Position numbers and translations under genes: made by a program. A DNA stretch of 64,000 nucleotides from assembly GCF_009834535.1 (NCBI RefSeq), contig NC_045711.1:25110001-25174000 (forward strand). The letters are read 5' to 3'. The notes under the pieces were generated by a model that ran no database searches, was not told where the DNA came from, and worked only from the letters and a program-made list of their open reading frames with translations. This DNA is from Camelus ferus. Taxonomy: Eukaryota. Shown here piece after piece: positions 11,051 to 22,935 of this stretch (position 1 is its first letter; each line of letters begins with the position of its first letter).

Positions 11051-13899
11051 ATTCTCATATTTTTGGCTCAGTCCTAACTCAGTTCCTCAACACCACCCAG
11101 GCCACACTCCCATCACAGAAGCTGCCTTAACCAGGCCTCGAAGCCCCAACCCCTTCCCAGATGCAGAGCCCTTCTCCAGTCCCCTCCGTCCTGTCCTGGC
11201 TCTCCCCAACTCGCTAGACCTCCAGGGCCCCAGACCTCACCCACACTGCAGGCTGCGGGCTGCTTTTGGTAGGCTGAAGGGCAGCCTGGGCCTTTGTGAA
11301 GCCAAAGGATCCCAGGAGCTCCAGTTCCCACAGCCTCCCTCCTTTTAGCCCCAGGTCCTGAAGATCCTTGGAAACTCAGGAAACTATCAGAAATATGAAA
11401 CCCCTCTTCCTGCCAAGCCCAGCATCCCACACCTTCCCCCTAGGCCCAGAAGCTTTAACGAGGCACCTAAACTGGATCCACCCTAACTGCCTCCTTCACA
11501 GGCTCCAATGCCTTCTCTAGGCACAAGGCCTCCTCCCTCCCCAGAGGACCCCCTTCCCTCCCCTGAGCCCTGCCATGGTGAGTGGGCCATGCATCCTAGC
11601 CTCAGATTGTGTGTGCCTGCGCGCGTGTGTGTGAGACCTTGAGTCCTGTGTGTGGGCTGGGAGCACCTCCTGCCCTCAGGGCTCCTGCACGTGACACTGG
11701 CCCTAGAGAGCCCCCAGCCCAGATCCTCCTGGCCCAGCCCCAAGCTTGGGGCAAACCTCAGATATGGGCTCCTCCAGCAAACTGGCTCTCTCTCGCCCCT
11801 TCCAGGATTTCTGTTCCCTCAGCAAGTGGAAAGGCCACCGGTGCCACCTGATCCTCTCTGTGAATGTCTCCCCCTCCTGCTCTGTGGCTCCCCCCTCCCC
11901 CCACCCCTCAGTCTTCCTGGACCGGCCACTTTCCCCTCTTCCTCCCAGAAGGGCCGCCAGACTTCCTCCACTGCCCTCACTTCCTCTTGCTTGTCCCCTC
12001 TTGGCGCCCCACCCCTGGCACTCCCCAGCCCCAGAACCCTGCCAGTTTCTCTTCAGAACAGCAGGCTGTCACTGATCAGAGGTGGCAGAGAGGGGAGATA
12101 GGAGAGGAGACACATGGGGAGACCCCAGGCCCTGTCCCCAGCTCTCATCCCCTCCTTCACCCTTGTCCTGCCCCTCTTTGGAGAAGATTTAGTGCCCTAC
12201 TCCTCTGAGCCTCTCCCTTCGTGAATTCTGCCCAGAATTCTGACCTTCGTTCCGCACCTACCTTCCCTCTGAACCTTTCAGTGGAGCTGACTCTTCATGG
12301 CTTGTCCTCCCTTCAGGCCACCAGGGACAATCAGAGCCCAGGAAACCCTAAGCACCTTTGTTCTCTTTGCTCCGGCCTCCCTCTGGGAGCTGCCCTGCAG
12401 ACTTCGGCCTTCCACCAGGAGGCTGTCCCCTCCCATACACCCCCAACTCCCAGGTCACACACACAGCTTTTAGGTCCTGTTGATCCTCTGCCCAACCCCC
12501 AACCCCCCCAGCAAGCTGGTTCCTCCTTAGGAACTTGGCTGCTGAGATTCCAAAATCCTTAGCCAGAAAGAAGTCCGGTTGGTCTTTCAAGTTTCAGCCC
12601 CAGCAGCACTTCCAGAAAGCTACCCTGACGCCCACCTCAGGCTGGGCTAGGCCCCTTCCTGTATTTCTCTCCTTAATAGTAGTTTTCACACTACTTTGGA
12701 ATGGATCCTTTCTGTGTTTATCACTGTCACCCCTGCTCCTCCTCCTCCCCTTCGAGACCACGAGAAGGGACCTGTTCACCGCCCCCCCCACCCCCCACCT
12801 CCAGTGGAGCACAAAGGTAATATTAACATTACCCACCTCTGCTCCCTGGGGGGTAGGCAAGCCCAGGACAAAGGGTGACCTGGCTTCCTGGCAGGCAGGT
12901 CCATTCCAGAAGACTCAAGCAGTGCAGAGAAGAGATGGGGGCTCTGGTTCCACCTTGGCCCCAGCAGAGAAGCGGTCTTCCCTTTGTACCGGGAACCATG
13001 AGTCACGATCGCTGCCTAGTGCATGGTTGGGGCAAGGAGGGAAATACGGCTGGAGACTTTTCACTCTGGCAAGGGACCTCTTGCCCAGACTGAGGCCACC
13101 TTCATGCCCAGGTGGCCTGAAGCTGGGTTTGTGGGCTGGGAAAAAGTTCAGACGACATCTCTTGTCCTTCTCCCGTCACACACAGACCCCGGTCTGTTTC
13201 TAGGGCTTCCCCTCTGATGACAGAGGCCTAGCTAAGCCCTCAGGATCAGTTCCTGGTCCCTCTGAGCTTGCAGATGCAGGCAAAAGGGTGAGCGGAAGTT
13301 CTCCTGCAGGGGTTTGAGGTTAGGGGGCTGGTGTGCAGAGTGGAGGGACAGCCTCCTCTCCCTCTGCTCCCTTTCCATGGTCCCAGTGAGAGGGAAGGAG
13401 GAACCAGCAGCCTCACCAGCAGTGAAAGAATGGAGAACCCCCTTCTCTCCCCAGGCTACACATCAGGAAAGATCCCGGGCCTGAAGCCCAGGACACAGGA
13501 CAGGCAGCCGTAGGGTTCCCGCCAGGCAGAAGAGCAGCAAGAGCCAGCTTGAACTTGGGGCTGACAAGCCCTTCAACCCTCCACCTGGCAGGGGCCCTGG
13601 AAGGAAGGAGGCGTTCCAGAGGTGAGCCAGCTGGGGCAAGTCACCCTCCTTCCTCTCTGCCTCCAAACGTGTCCCAACAGTCCTGGAGGGGCCAGCTGAC
13701 CACAGCCTGGAAGGCGGATGGGATAGGCAACAGGAACTTAATGACCTCTGTCACCCTGGCTCAGTCCCTGCCTTCCAGATCCAGTTTCCACCCGGTTTCC
13801 TACCCTCCCCAAGATGGATCTCCTCTGGGTGAGGCTTCTGGGACGTCCAGGCAGTGCCCCCGTGGAGATTTCAGGCCAGGCTTTGGGTAGTGCCTGTCC

Positions 13900-14450
13900 C
13901 CTCACCCCTCAGGCCACGGGGGTCCCCAGCCATCCCAGGCTGGGGAGGCCCAGGACCGGGACAGGAGGCTTTCTCTCCTCCAACAGTCGGGAAGGGGCCC
14001 CGGAGGCCCACGGCGGGGCGGGTCTGCGACAGCGCCGACAGGAAGCCCGGCGGGGGAGGACGCCTCGGGGAGTGTAGGGGGCCCAGGAAGGCCGCTCACC
14101 GGCTCGCTCGGCCAGGCGGCGGAGGGGCGGCTCCACTCCCGCGGAGCGCGGCTTCCAGCGGCCTGCCCCGCCTGCGCTGGAGGCGGCGGGACGCCGGGGC
14201 CGCGGCGAGGACCCGCAGAGACCGGTCGCAGGGCGCCAGTGGGCGGGACCACCTCCGCGCCGCCCGGGAGCCGGGCAAGGAGGCGTCGAGGCGAGGCGGG
14301 AGGGCGTGGCCAGGGCCCGCACCCCTTCACTTAACCTCTCGCGCTCCTCCGGCTTCCGACGCCGGCTAGGCGAGTGTATTTGCACGTGGTTAGCATGCAA
14401 TTTGCATAGCCCACCTGCTCCCCTTCCAGCTTCTCGATTTTCGCCGCCCT
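13900..14450 (-). promoter_or_regulatory. SLC16A5: CpG island: SLC16A5 promoter and non-coding exon 1 (donor after 14100)
   Basis: Very CpG-dense. Minus-strand donor G|GTGAGC at 14095-14099; E-box 14383-14388; octamer 14400-14407. Confidence 0.7.
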
Positions 14451-14749
14451 GGGTTCTAGGACCCCAAGAGTGGAATGGGGACAGCGTGTGATTAAAAGAC
14501 TCCACCTCCCAGCGGAATGGGATGGGAGGCCAGGGTGGAGATCCCTTCTTTGGGGTTTTAGCTGCCCAGGGGTCCTTCCAATGAAAACCTAGAGCTTTGA
14601 GGGCCACACCCAGGGGAGCCCAGCTGTGGGAGAGCGGAGAAGAGGGTGGACCCCTCAGCCCTGGGATCAGGTCAAAGAATGTCCACCACCTCTGCCATGT
14701 GCCCCTTGGAACCGCAGGCTTCTCCCCACACCTGGCCAGCCCTTAATAT

Positions 14750-15485
14750 TCATTGTTTAAAATATATTCAACTACTACAATGTTACAATAATCAAGACAG
14801 TGTGGTACTGGCGTTAAGTGTAGACACGTACATCAGTGAAATCGAATTGGGAATAAACCCTTACATTTATGGTCAATTGATTTTCCAGAAGGGTGCTGAG
14901 ACAATCAGGGTGGGAAGAACAGTCCTCTCAGTAAATAGAGCTGGAACAACTGGGCATCTGCATGTAAAAGAATGAGGTTGGACTTCTACCTCATATCATT
15001 TAGAAAAGAAAAAGGATCACAGATGTAAATTAAAAACAGAAACTATAAAGCTCTTAGAAGAAAATATAGGAGTAAATATTTATGATCTTGGATTAGGCAA
15101 TAGATTCTTAGACAACAGATCAAAAGCACAGGTGACAAAGGAAAAAACACATAAACTGGATGTCATCAAAATTAAAAACTTTCATGCGCTAAAAGACACC
15201 ATTAGGAAAGTGAAAAGATAACCCTCAAAATGGGAAAAATATATATGCAAATCGTAAATCTGATAAAGGACTTGTGTTGAGCATATATGAAGAACTCCCN
15301 NNNNNNNNNNNNNNNNNNNNNNNNNNNNNNNNNNNNNNNNNNNNNNNNNNNNNNNNNNNNNNNNNNNNNNNNNNNNNNNNNNNNNNNNNNNNNNNNNNNN
15401 NNNNNNNNNNNNNNNNNNNNNNNNNNNNNNNNAAATACAAATCAAACCCACAATGAGATACCACTTCCCAGCCACTAGGATGGCT
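14750..15485 (+). mobile_element. L1 ORF2 3'-region fragment (old L1M type) spanning an assembly gap
   Basis: Typical L1 motifs aatcaagacagtgtggtactggc, aaactataaagctcttagaagaaaatatagg, aaatcaaacccacaatgagataccac. Confidence 0.85.
15300..15432. other. Assembly gap (133 N)
   Basis: Run of N; both flanks are collinear L1 sequence. Confidence 0.99.
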
Positions 15486-18400
15486 TAGCTTCTGGGTGAA
15501 TTATGTAGGAGATAACTGTGTCAAGCTGTAAGGCAAGTCTTAGACATAAAACATCACTGTGCCTGTGGTTCATTTTCTTGCAGACAGTCCCAGTGCTAGG
15601 GTTGGCTCTTACTTGGCATATTCTGCTTAGCCTGAGGTTCCCTGGATACAAACATTGGGAGGAGGGGGTTAAGGTTTATCCCATGGTCCTAAAGGGATGG
15701 TCCCAGGCCTTGAGAGGTTTTATGGGGGAAACAGAGGGGATCATACTCCAGGGTCTGCACCATTAAGGCAGTCCTTATCTCAGCCTGGTGCAATACTGTG
15801 AGCGGCAATACCTGCCCTAAGCGCTCAGAACGGGCTGGATGCAATCCTCCACCCCATCCCTAGCTGCTCTAGCAGGACCCAGGGACTCAATACCAGGCAC
15901 TTCCTGGAGGCTTTTACCAGCTCTGAAAAAATCAAATAGGGAGGATTTCCAGGACCCTACTGTCCTCTGGGGGGCCCCACCCTAATCTTCAACCTCTACT
16001 TCATCAAGATGAAATTGATAGAGCTGTGGGGACACCATTCTGGACTCTGGGTACATCTCCAGAATGAGGCTCTCATCAAGCTGGGGCATGATCTCAGTGG
16101 ATGTCACAGGCAGCCCCCATAGCCTTCCCCAGCTTTCCTCTGTGACTTGTCCCTAAGTATAGGTCTGAGCGCACAGCCTAGTCACCGGGCACAGTTTTGC
16201 TAAGGCCTATGACAGCTGTCAATGAGGGGTGGGTGACCAGGGACTCAGAGTTGAAAGGGTTGTCATCCTACAGTTCGGCAAACTGAAGCATCTGCTCAAA
16301 GAGAGAGGGAGGCACCTGCTCAGAATCATACATCTTTAGGAACTAATAGTACGTAATTAGTAGTTACTGGCATAGCTGCTCTAAATCACTAACAATTAAC
16401 AACCACCACCCCATTCTATTGCTGGTCTGCCAAACCCCTGAGATCTTTACATGTGCATGGTTGTTCCCTTTCCCTGGAGCACTCTGTCCTGGTCCTTTTT
16501 TTTTTCAACCTGGTTGGTCCCTAGTTGGCCTTCAGGAGTCACTTAGAAGTTCCTTCCTCCAGGAAGTCCTCCCAGACCTCCCAGTGGAGGCATTAATCCT
16601 GCTGAGTGTTGTGCATCTCCCTCACTAAGTTCCCTGAGGCTTAGTTTTCTTGCCCTGTTGATCAAAGCACCCCCTCCTCTCGTTGATCACACTTCCTACT
16701 TAGTGTGTAGCACAGGATAATAATAACCAGAATCACAAGGATCAACATGTATGGAGTGAGGTTTTATGTGTTGTCCAGATACTGCCTTATTGGTTGAATG
16801 AAGGAATGGAGTATTGACCATCTGGGTCACTCCCCTGTTCCTGGATCTCAGCCTTTAAAAATACTTTAATTACCTGAAAACTCCAGGATGGACTCCTGGT
16901 TCCTCTGTCCCTCTCCCCAGGTCTTGGCCTCTGGCTGTGACCCTGTGGTGTCCCTGGCATGGCCAGAGTGCCCTCTGCTGGGACAATGGGGACACAGTCT
17001 GTCCGGGCTCTTCTGGACACTGCTGGCTTGGGCCCCTGGGTGCCTTCCTGTTTGGGGACCCCTTTCCTTCTCCACCGGCTCTATCCTTTCTCCATGTCAC
17101 CCACCTCTGCCTGTTTGCTCTACTCTGACAGGGCGTGTGGCAGATTGTCAGCTGGCCTTAGAGGCCTAGGCCATACCACCCAGCTGGCTCTTTCCCCAAA
17201 GACCCCCTGAACTCAGGTCTGAGGTGCAGTCTCCCCCACGGATAGCCATAGATGTGAGCCTAATGTTGGGGTACCTACTACCCTGGCTCCTCCTCCACTC
17301 CAGCCCCCACCTCCTGGTGGGGCAGAGATGTCCTGATGGCTCCCACTCAGAGGCAGCAGATTGCCTAATGCTGGGGCCAGCCTGGGGAGCAGGACAAAGA
17401 AACCACAGGATGACCTCACTCATACCTGCTGATTTGGGATTATTCTTGTGCTGAGCCCCGTCCTGATTTTGGGTGTGTGGGAAGGGGTGATGGTCCTAAA
17501 TCAGGCAGGAGGGCATTGCTAGAACTATAGCCTGGGCACAGCCCTTGCTCCTAAGACCTCCATTGCTTTGGGCATCCCCTAGCCCCTGCCCCAAGTTGCG
17601 CCTTCCTTCTCCTGCTTTCTGCTTCTTGCCTTTCTTACCCAGACTCTTTCCTCTATGCCACCCCTCTGTCTGGAGCTCCAAGCCCTTCTCCTTGAAATTT
17701 TCTCATTGTCATCCCAACTCAGCCTGTCCCCACATACCCGCACCATCTTCCTCTCAGACCAGGCTGCACCTCTGTCCTCTAATTCCATCTGATCTGGGGC
17801 CTCCCTCCTTCCCCTTTGCCTTCATCTTCATATCCAGCTGATCATCAGTTTCACTGACTCTTCCTTTGCAGTCTTGCTTTTATGTCTTATCTCTTCCTGA
17901 TGCTGGGGCCACTTTGGGCCCACACGGCCCAGACACTGATGCAGAACATCATTCTCTCCAGTGTTTCCTCCCATGTCTCTGGCCACTTTTGTTTTTTGCA
18001 CTTGACCTTTGAATGACAGAGTTCGACAGGCTCTGACCTTCACCCTCTCCTTTTCTCACTCCACGCCAGTCCCTCCAACTACCGCTTTTGCACTGATCAC
18101 TCCACATTTTCTATGTCCAGCCCAGATATCCAACTTGGCACCTTCATCTGTGTGCTTCAACAGCCCTGAAACCCAACATCATCTGGAACTTGCCATTGAC
18201 ACTGGCCTCCACTGCCCCCGGTGTGGCCACAAGAGCCCTCAGAGCCTGGCTGTTGCCGCCCTTCCAGCCCCAAATCTCTCTTTATCACTTACTGCCCTCC
18301 TGCCACTCTGGGCTTCTCTGCTTGTCATGCTCCCGCAGCTGCGAGAGCTTTGCCCCTGCTGTTCCCCTGCTCGGAGCACTATCCTGACCCTCTTTGCCTG

Positions 18401-18562
18401 GCTAACCCCTGTCATCTCAGATTGAAGGGCAAACATCACTTCCTTTGGGAAGCCTTCCCTGATCTCCCTGGTGAGGCTGGTTTGCTCAGTAATTTCTCCT
18501 CCTAGCACATCTACTTTTCCTCTTGGCCCTGTCCACCATGGTGTGTTTATACTGATTTAAAC

Positions 18563-18890
18563 CAGGAGTTAGCACACTTTTTCAGGGCCAAATGGCAAAT
18601 ATTTTAGGTTTTGCAAGCCAGAGAGTCTCTGTCGAAATGATTCAACTCTGCCATCATGGGCAAATGCAGTCACGGACAATATGAATACAAATGAGCCTGG
18701 CTGTGTTCCAATAAAGCTTTATTTATGGCCACTGAAATTTGAATGTCGTATAATTTCTCATGTGCCACCAAATATTATTCTTTTGATTTTTTTCACATTA
18801 AAAATGTAACAGTCTTAAAAAAAAGTAACACTTTTATTACCTTATGAGCTATACAGAAACAGGCAACAGGTCATAGTGTACTGACTCCTG
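18563..18890 (+). mobile_element. hAT-Charlie MITE, MER58B-like, with perfect 8-bp TSD
   Basis: Termini caggagtt...actcctg; TSD atttaaac at 18555-18562 and 18891-18898; internal gcaaatattttaggttttgc and ggctgtgttccaataaa resemble the recalled MER58 consensus. Confidence 0.85.
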
Positions 18891-19079
18891 ATTTAAACAT
18901 TTCTGTGATTAATCTCGCTCTTGCCATTTCTAGATCACAAGCTCCATGAGGGCAGGGACTGAGCTTGTCTTAGCTCACCACTCTGTCCCCATGTCTGACC
19001 TATGGGAAGAAAACTCTTTCCTCTTTTCCTACCACCCTTCACCCCAGCTCAATGGATATTTGTTGAACGAATGAAAAAG

Positions 19080-19250
19080 GTTAACTCACTAAATCCTCTC
19101 CAAGGTGGGTGCTATTGTTATTTTTGCCTTTTTTCAGATGATGAATCTAAAGCACAGAGAGGTTAAGTAACTCATCCAGGGTCGCACAGTTGTAAGCGGC
19201 AGAGTCAGGCAGGACATTTGGCTTTGGAGTTGATGTGCTTAACCACCACA
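19080..19250 (-). mobile_element. MIR SINE (further MIR pieces at about 1250-1330, 3770-3990, 50520-50600, 59080-59200)
   Basis: ttttcagatgatgaatctaaagcacagagaggttaagtaactcatccagggtcgcacag. Confidence 0.7.
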
Positions 19251-20148
19251 TCATGTTTGGTGGGGACCATCGCGGTGCAAGCTCAGTATGATGTGGCAAA
19301 CAACCTGTCTCCACGCCCGCACCAGCCCCCATCCCCCTTCCAGCCTGCACACACTCCATGTCGCAGGTCAACTTCTCTTCTTTAGGGATGCCTGGTGTGG
19401 GATGGCTCCTTGGTCTCTTCCCCTGAAGAGCCTTTGTCTCAGCAGGTGGCCAGATACACTCACCACCATGGCTGAAGTTAGGGTCTGTCCCCTCAACCAG
19501 GGTTCCCCAGGGCAGAAACTGGGTCTCTCTTGCACACCCTCTGGGGATCCCTGTACCTGGACCACAGGAGCCACTCAGGACACATTTGTGGAACACTGGA
19601 GCAAACCGGGCAGAAATCTAACCATTGGTGTCATCTGCAATTGCATATGATACACAAAAAGCACCAGGGCACATATCCTCCATGCAGGGAGAATCTATAA
19701 ATAAGGAAAACAGCTTCCAGAAACACTTGGTAGGGAGCCAGAAGCCTTTTAATGGGTGCCCTTGAGCTTCTGGCACTTTGACTGTGGTTTGGGCAAGGCT
19801 GAGCAGCGAGTTGAATGTGATTTAACTTTTCACTTGAAGCATCGGTGCAAACATGCATCACTAACAACGGGGCGTTATTGGCACTGTGGGGCATGGACGT
19901 TCTGAGCTCGCAGGACAGTTGGCATCCTTAACACCTGCCCCTGGCCCAGCTACTAAATTCCAGACATGGGACACCCCATCTAGGGTGAGGTGAGTGAAAC
20001 ACTAACCTAGGGCTCAAAATTGACAAGGACACCAGCAAAACTCAGAAATTAAGATAAATAATTTAATAATATGTTTAGAAAGTCAGATCAACAAACTATA
20101 GCCAATGGAGTGGTCACCTGGTTTCATGAAAAGAAGTGTGGCTGGAGT

Positions 20149-20545
20149 CAGGGCTGGGCTTCGTGCGAGGGGCGTGAAGTAGCACAAACGCTGGGTCAGA
20201 TCTGGTCTTTAATTACAATATATTTTTTTGCAATGTTGATATTCTGTCCATAATGGACATTAGTTTTGATTTTGTAAAACGCTGCATTAAAATATTATTA
20301 ATCTCGGAGGGGAGGGAATAGTTCAGTGGTAGAGTGCGTGCTTAGCATGCATGAGGTCCAGGGTTCAGTCCCTAGTCCCTCCACTGAAGTAAACAAACAG
20401 ACAAACAAAAAAACCTAATTACCTCCCCCCAAAATAAAAAAATTTTTAAAATATTATTAATCTTGATTTCTGAATTTTTGGCACCTCCCCTTGAATTCTG
20501 TGCCCTTGGTGAGAGTCTCACTTCCTTCACCCTAGTCCTGGCTCT
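20149..20545 (-). mobile_element. hAT-Tip100 MITE, MER96-like, interrupted by a SINE; second partial copy at about 19980-20090 on +
   Basis: End ...gtgagagtctcacttccttcaccctagtcctgg resembles the recalled MER96-type terminus; the inverted partial copy starts ctagggtgaggtgagtg. Family name is tentative. Confidence 0.5.
20305..20447 (+). mobile_element. tRNA-Ala-derived camelid-type SINE
   Basis: Head gggaggga-atagttcagtggtagagtgcgtgcttagcatgc, tail aaacctaattacctcccccc; perfect TSD ttaaaatattattaatct at 20287-20304 and 20446-20463. Confidence 0.92.
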
Positions 20546-22149
20546 ACCAGAAATGCGCCATTTCCTAACCACCTGGTTTGGGAAGCACTGGGAGTCATAT
20601 AATTTTCAGCAAGTATGAGTGGTTCCCCTAACCGTGCCATTTTATAGATCAGGAAACAGAGGCCAAGAGAGGTCTTCCTCTCCTCTTACTTACCTGCTGG
20701 AGCGTCCTCAGCCTCAAAGAATCTTCAGGCTAGAAGAGAGGTCCAGACAGCAACAGAAGAGGAAGAGGCAGGTCCTTGGCACCCACCTGGATGCAGTGGG
20801 CATGTGAACCTAGCTTCAGGAGGGAACAAAGGGATGGCAAAGGGAGAATGAAATAGGTGAGCAGCCAGGCCTTGGCTAAGAAAGGATGTGAGTGGCCTCC
20901 TGCCCTCCACCCTCAGGAGGGATTCCTCCAGTCCTTGGGTCCATGTGTGTTAAGCACCTGCAATGTGGTAGGCATATGCTAAGCAATGGAGACACAAGTG
21001 AAATACCTAGGCTGCTGCTAGTCTGATGGAGAATTCACACATGAAACAAGGTGGGTGCCAGGAGGGACACAGGCAGAAGGTGTTCTCTTGAGGAGAGAGG
21101 AGGGAATCCCACCTGGCTTTGGGAGAGGAGGGTTCAAGAGTGGCTTCCTGGGATACAGCGCATCTTAGCTGAGTTTTAAGGGCTGAGCAGGAGAAAGTAA
21201 TAAGTAATGAGGAGTAAGGAAGGGGTGAGGGTGGAAATGTGGTCCCAGCAAAGGCCAGGAGGTGAGTTGCTTTGAGGGTGTAGAATGGGGTGGGTGCGGG
21301 TGGTGAAGGACATGAGAACTACTGGAGACTGATGTTTGTGGCAAGGAGCTGGAATGGGTTGGGGTGGGGATGAGTGTGGGATCCAGCCACCAGGGAAGAC
21401 TGGAGATGGTCCACCTCTCCGTAGCTGGTGAGATCTGGTCAAGGTTGCCACTAGGTGCCTTCTTCACAGGAAAACTACAGAGCTGAGTATGTGCTCTCTT
21501 GGGTGAGATGCTCCTGACAGCCACTGGAACCCACTGCGTGCCAGGCACTCCCAATGCCAGAGACTCCCACAAACATCCTCTCCTTTCCACCTCCAGCCTG
21601 AGCACACCCTCTTTTGGCGGGGGGAAGGGTGGAGGCTCCTTCCCAAGGCTCCTGCCATCTGATCCTGCTTCTGGCTCTCCCCTCACCTGTGGGAAGATGA
21701 GACGGATGGAAACGGTTGCTTCCGCCAGCATCTTTCGGCTCCTGCTTTGACCCTCCTGAGTTTGGGTCAAATTTGCAGTAACATCCAGGAAACACCACCT
21801 GTGGCTTTGGCTGGGTTGCCATTTGCCCCCCACGTCTAGAGGGAATCAGGGAAAGAGTCAAAGACAAAACAGAGCTATAGGAAACATTTGCAGGATGTAA
21901 TATGCAGCCAGTGAACAAGTCATTTTTGCATTGTGAAAGTAACTTTGGCAAATGCAATGATATTGGTGAAAATGCTCAGTATCTTCTAGCTATCTACATC
22001 TTCAGCTGACCCATAGCTCTGTCTGTATAAGAGACGAAGATTGCAAGGAAATTCTCAGGAGAGGTTATCTCTGGGTGGAGGTGGTAGGATTATGGTAGGA
22101 ATATATTTTTGTTTCTATATTGTGTAAATTTTCTATAATGAATGTATTA

Positions 22150-22400
22150 TAGGAGAGGTGGTGTAGCCTAGTGATTGAAAAAGCAGACAGTCTGGGTTTG
22201 AATCCTGGCTCCCCAGTTTACGCACTTTCATGATCTTGGGCAAAGCACTTAACCTCTAGTCCTCAGTTTCTGCCTGCACACAATGGGGAGAATTGATACC
22301 TATAATAGGGTTGTTATGAGAAGTAAAGTAGCTCACATTTGCCATGAACGTTTCATTTGCCATGAACAGTGACTGGCACATAGTAGGCACTATGTGTTTG
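22150..22400 (+). mobile_element. MIR SINE
   Basis: ctgggtttgaatcctggctc...ttgggcaaagcacttaacctct...cctcagtttc...agggttgttatgag. Contains a 14-bp direct duplication at 22336-22349 / 22354-22367. Confidence 0.8.
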
Positions 22401-22852
22401 TGAAATAAAAGCAGAAGTACTTTTATAGAAAATACAGATTCATTTAAAATGTATCCAAGTAATATAGGAATACAATCTTCTTGTAAGGAATAACAGCAAT
22501 TTTTTTTAGTGAAATAATCCTAAAGCCTGTTTGAATTCACATTAAAAAAAAAAAAAAAGCAAGCATTCGTTGAGTGCAAAAGCAGGAGCAGGAAGGCGTG
22601 AGAAGTGTGCGGGTTGCATTCCAGGGGCAAGTCCCCTCCCTGCTCTCTCCATCTGGGAAGGGGAGGCTTCACTGATGTGGATTATCCAAGGGCACCGGCT
22701 GATCCTGCACCCCCAAGGCTCCCTCTATGATATTTCCCCCCAGGAGGCACATGCTGAGCCAAGAACCCTGACATTTTGGTTGGCGGACCAGCCTCATTGC
22801 TATACAGGCCAGCTTGCCATTTGGCTTTTTGAAATACTAGGAAGTATTTGAA

Positions 22853-22935
22853 GGGGAGGGTAAGGGCTCAGTGCGAGAGCGCATGCTTAGCACGCATGAG
22901 GTCCTGGGGTCTAACCCCTCCATTGAAAAAGAAAA
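22853..22935 (+). mobile_element. tRNA-Ala-derived camelid-type SINE (short, diverged)
   Basis: ggggagggtaagggctcagtgcgagagcgcatgcttagcacgcatgaggtcctgggg plus a short A tail. Confidence 0.8.

Noticed and set aside
10726-11348. Thr/His- and Cys/Val-rich ORFs
   Set aside because: Translations of the CA-rich low-complexity repeat.
15300-15432. Gap possibly hiding novel sequence
   Set aside because: Both flanks are collinear L1, and the gap size is compatible with the missing L1 segment as I recall it.
20686-20697. acttacctg resembling the U1 snRNA 5' end
   Set aside because: No further U1 similarity; it is the complement of a consensus splice donor (used in the candidate-exon finding).
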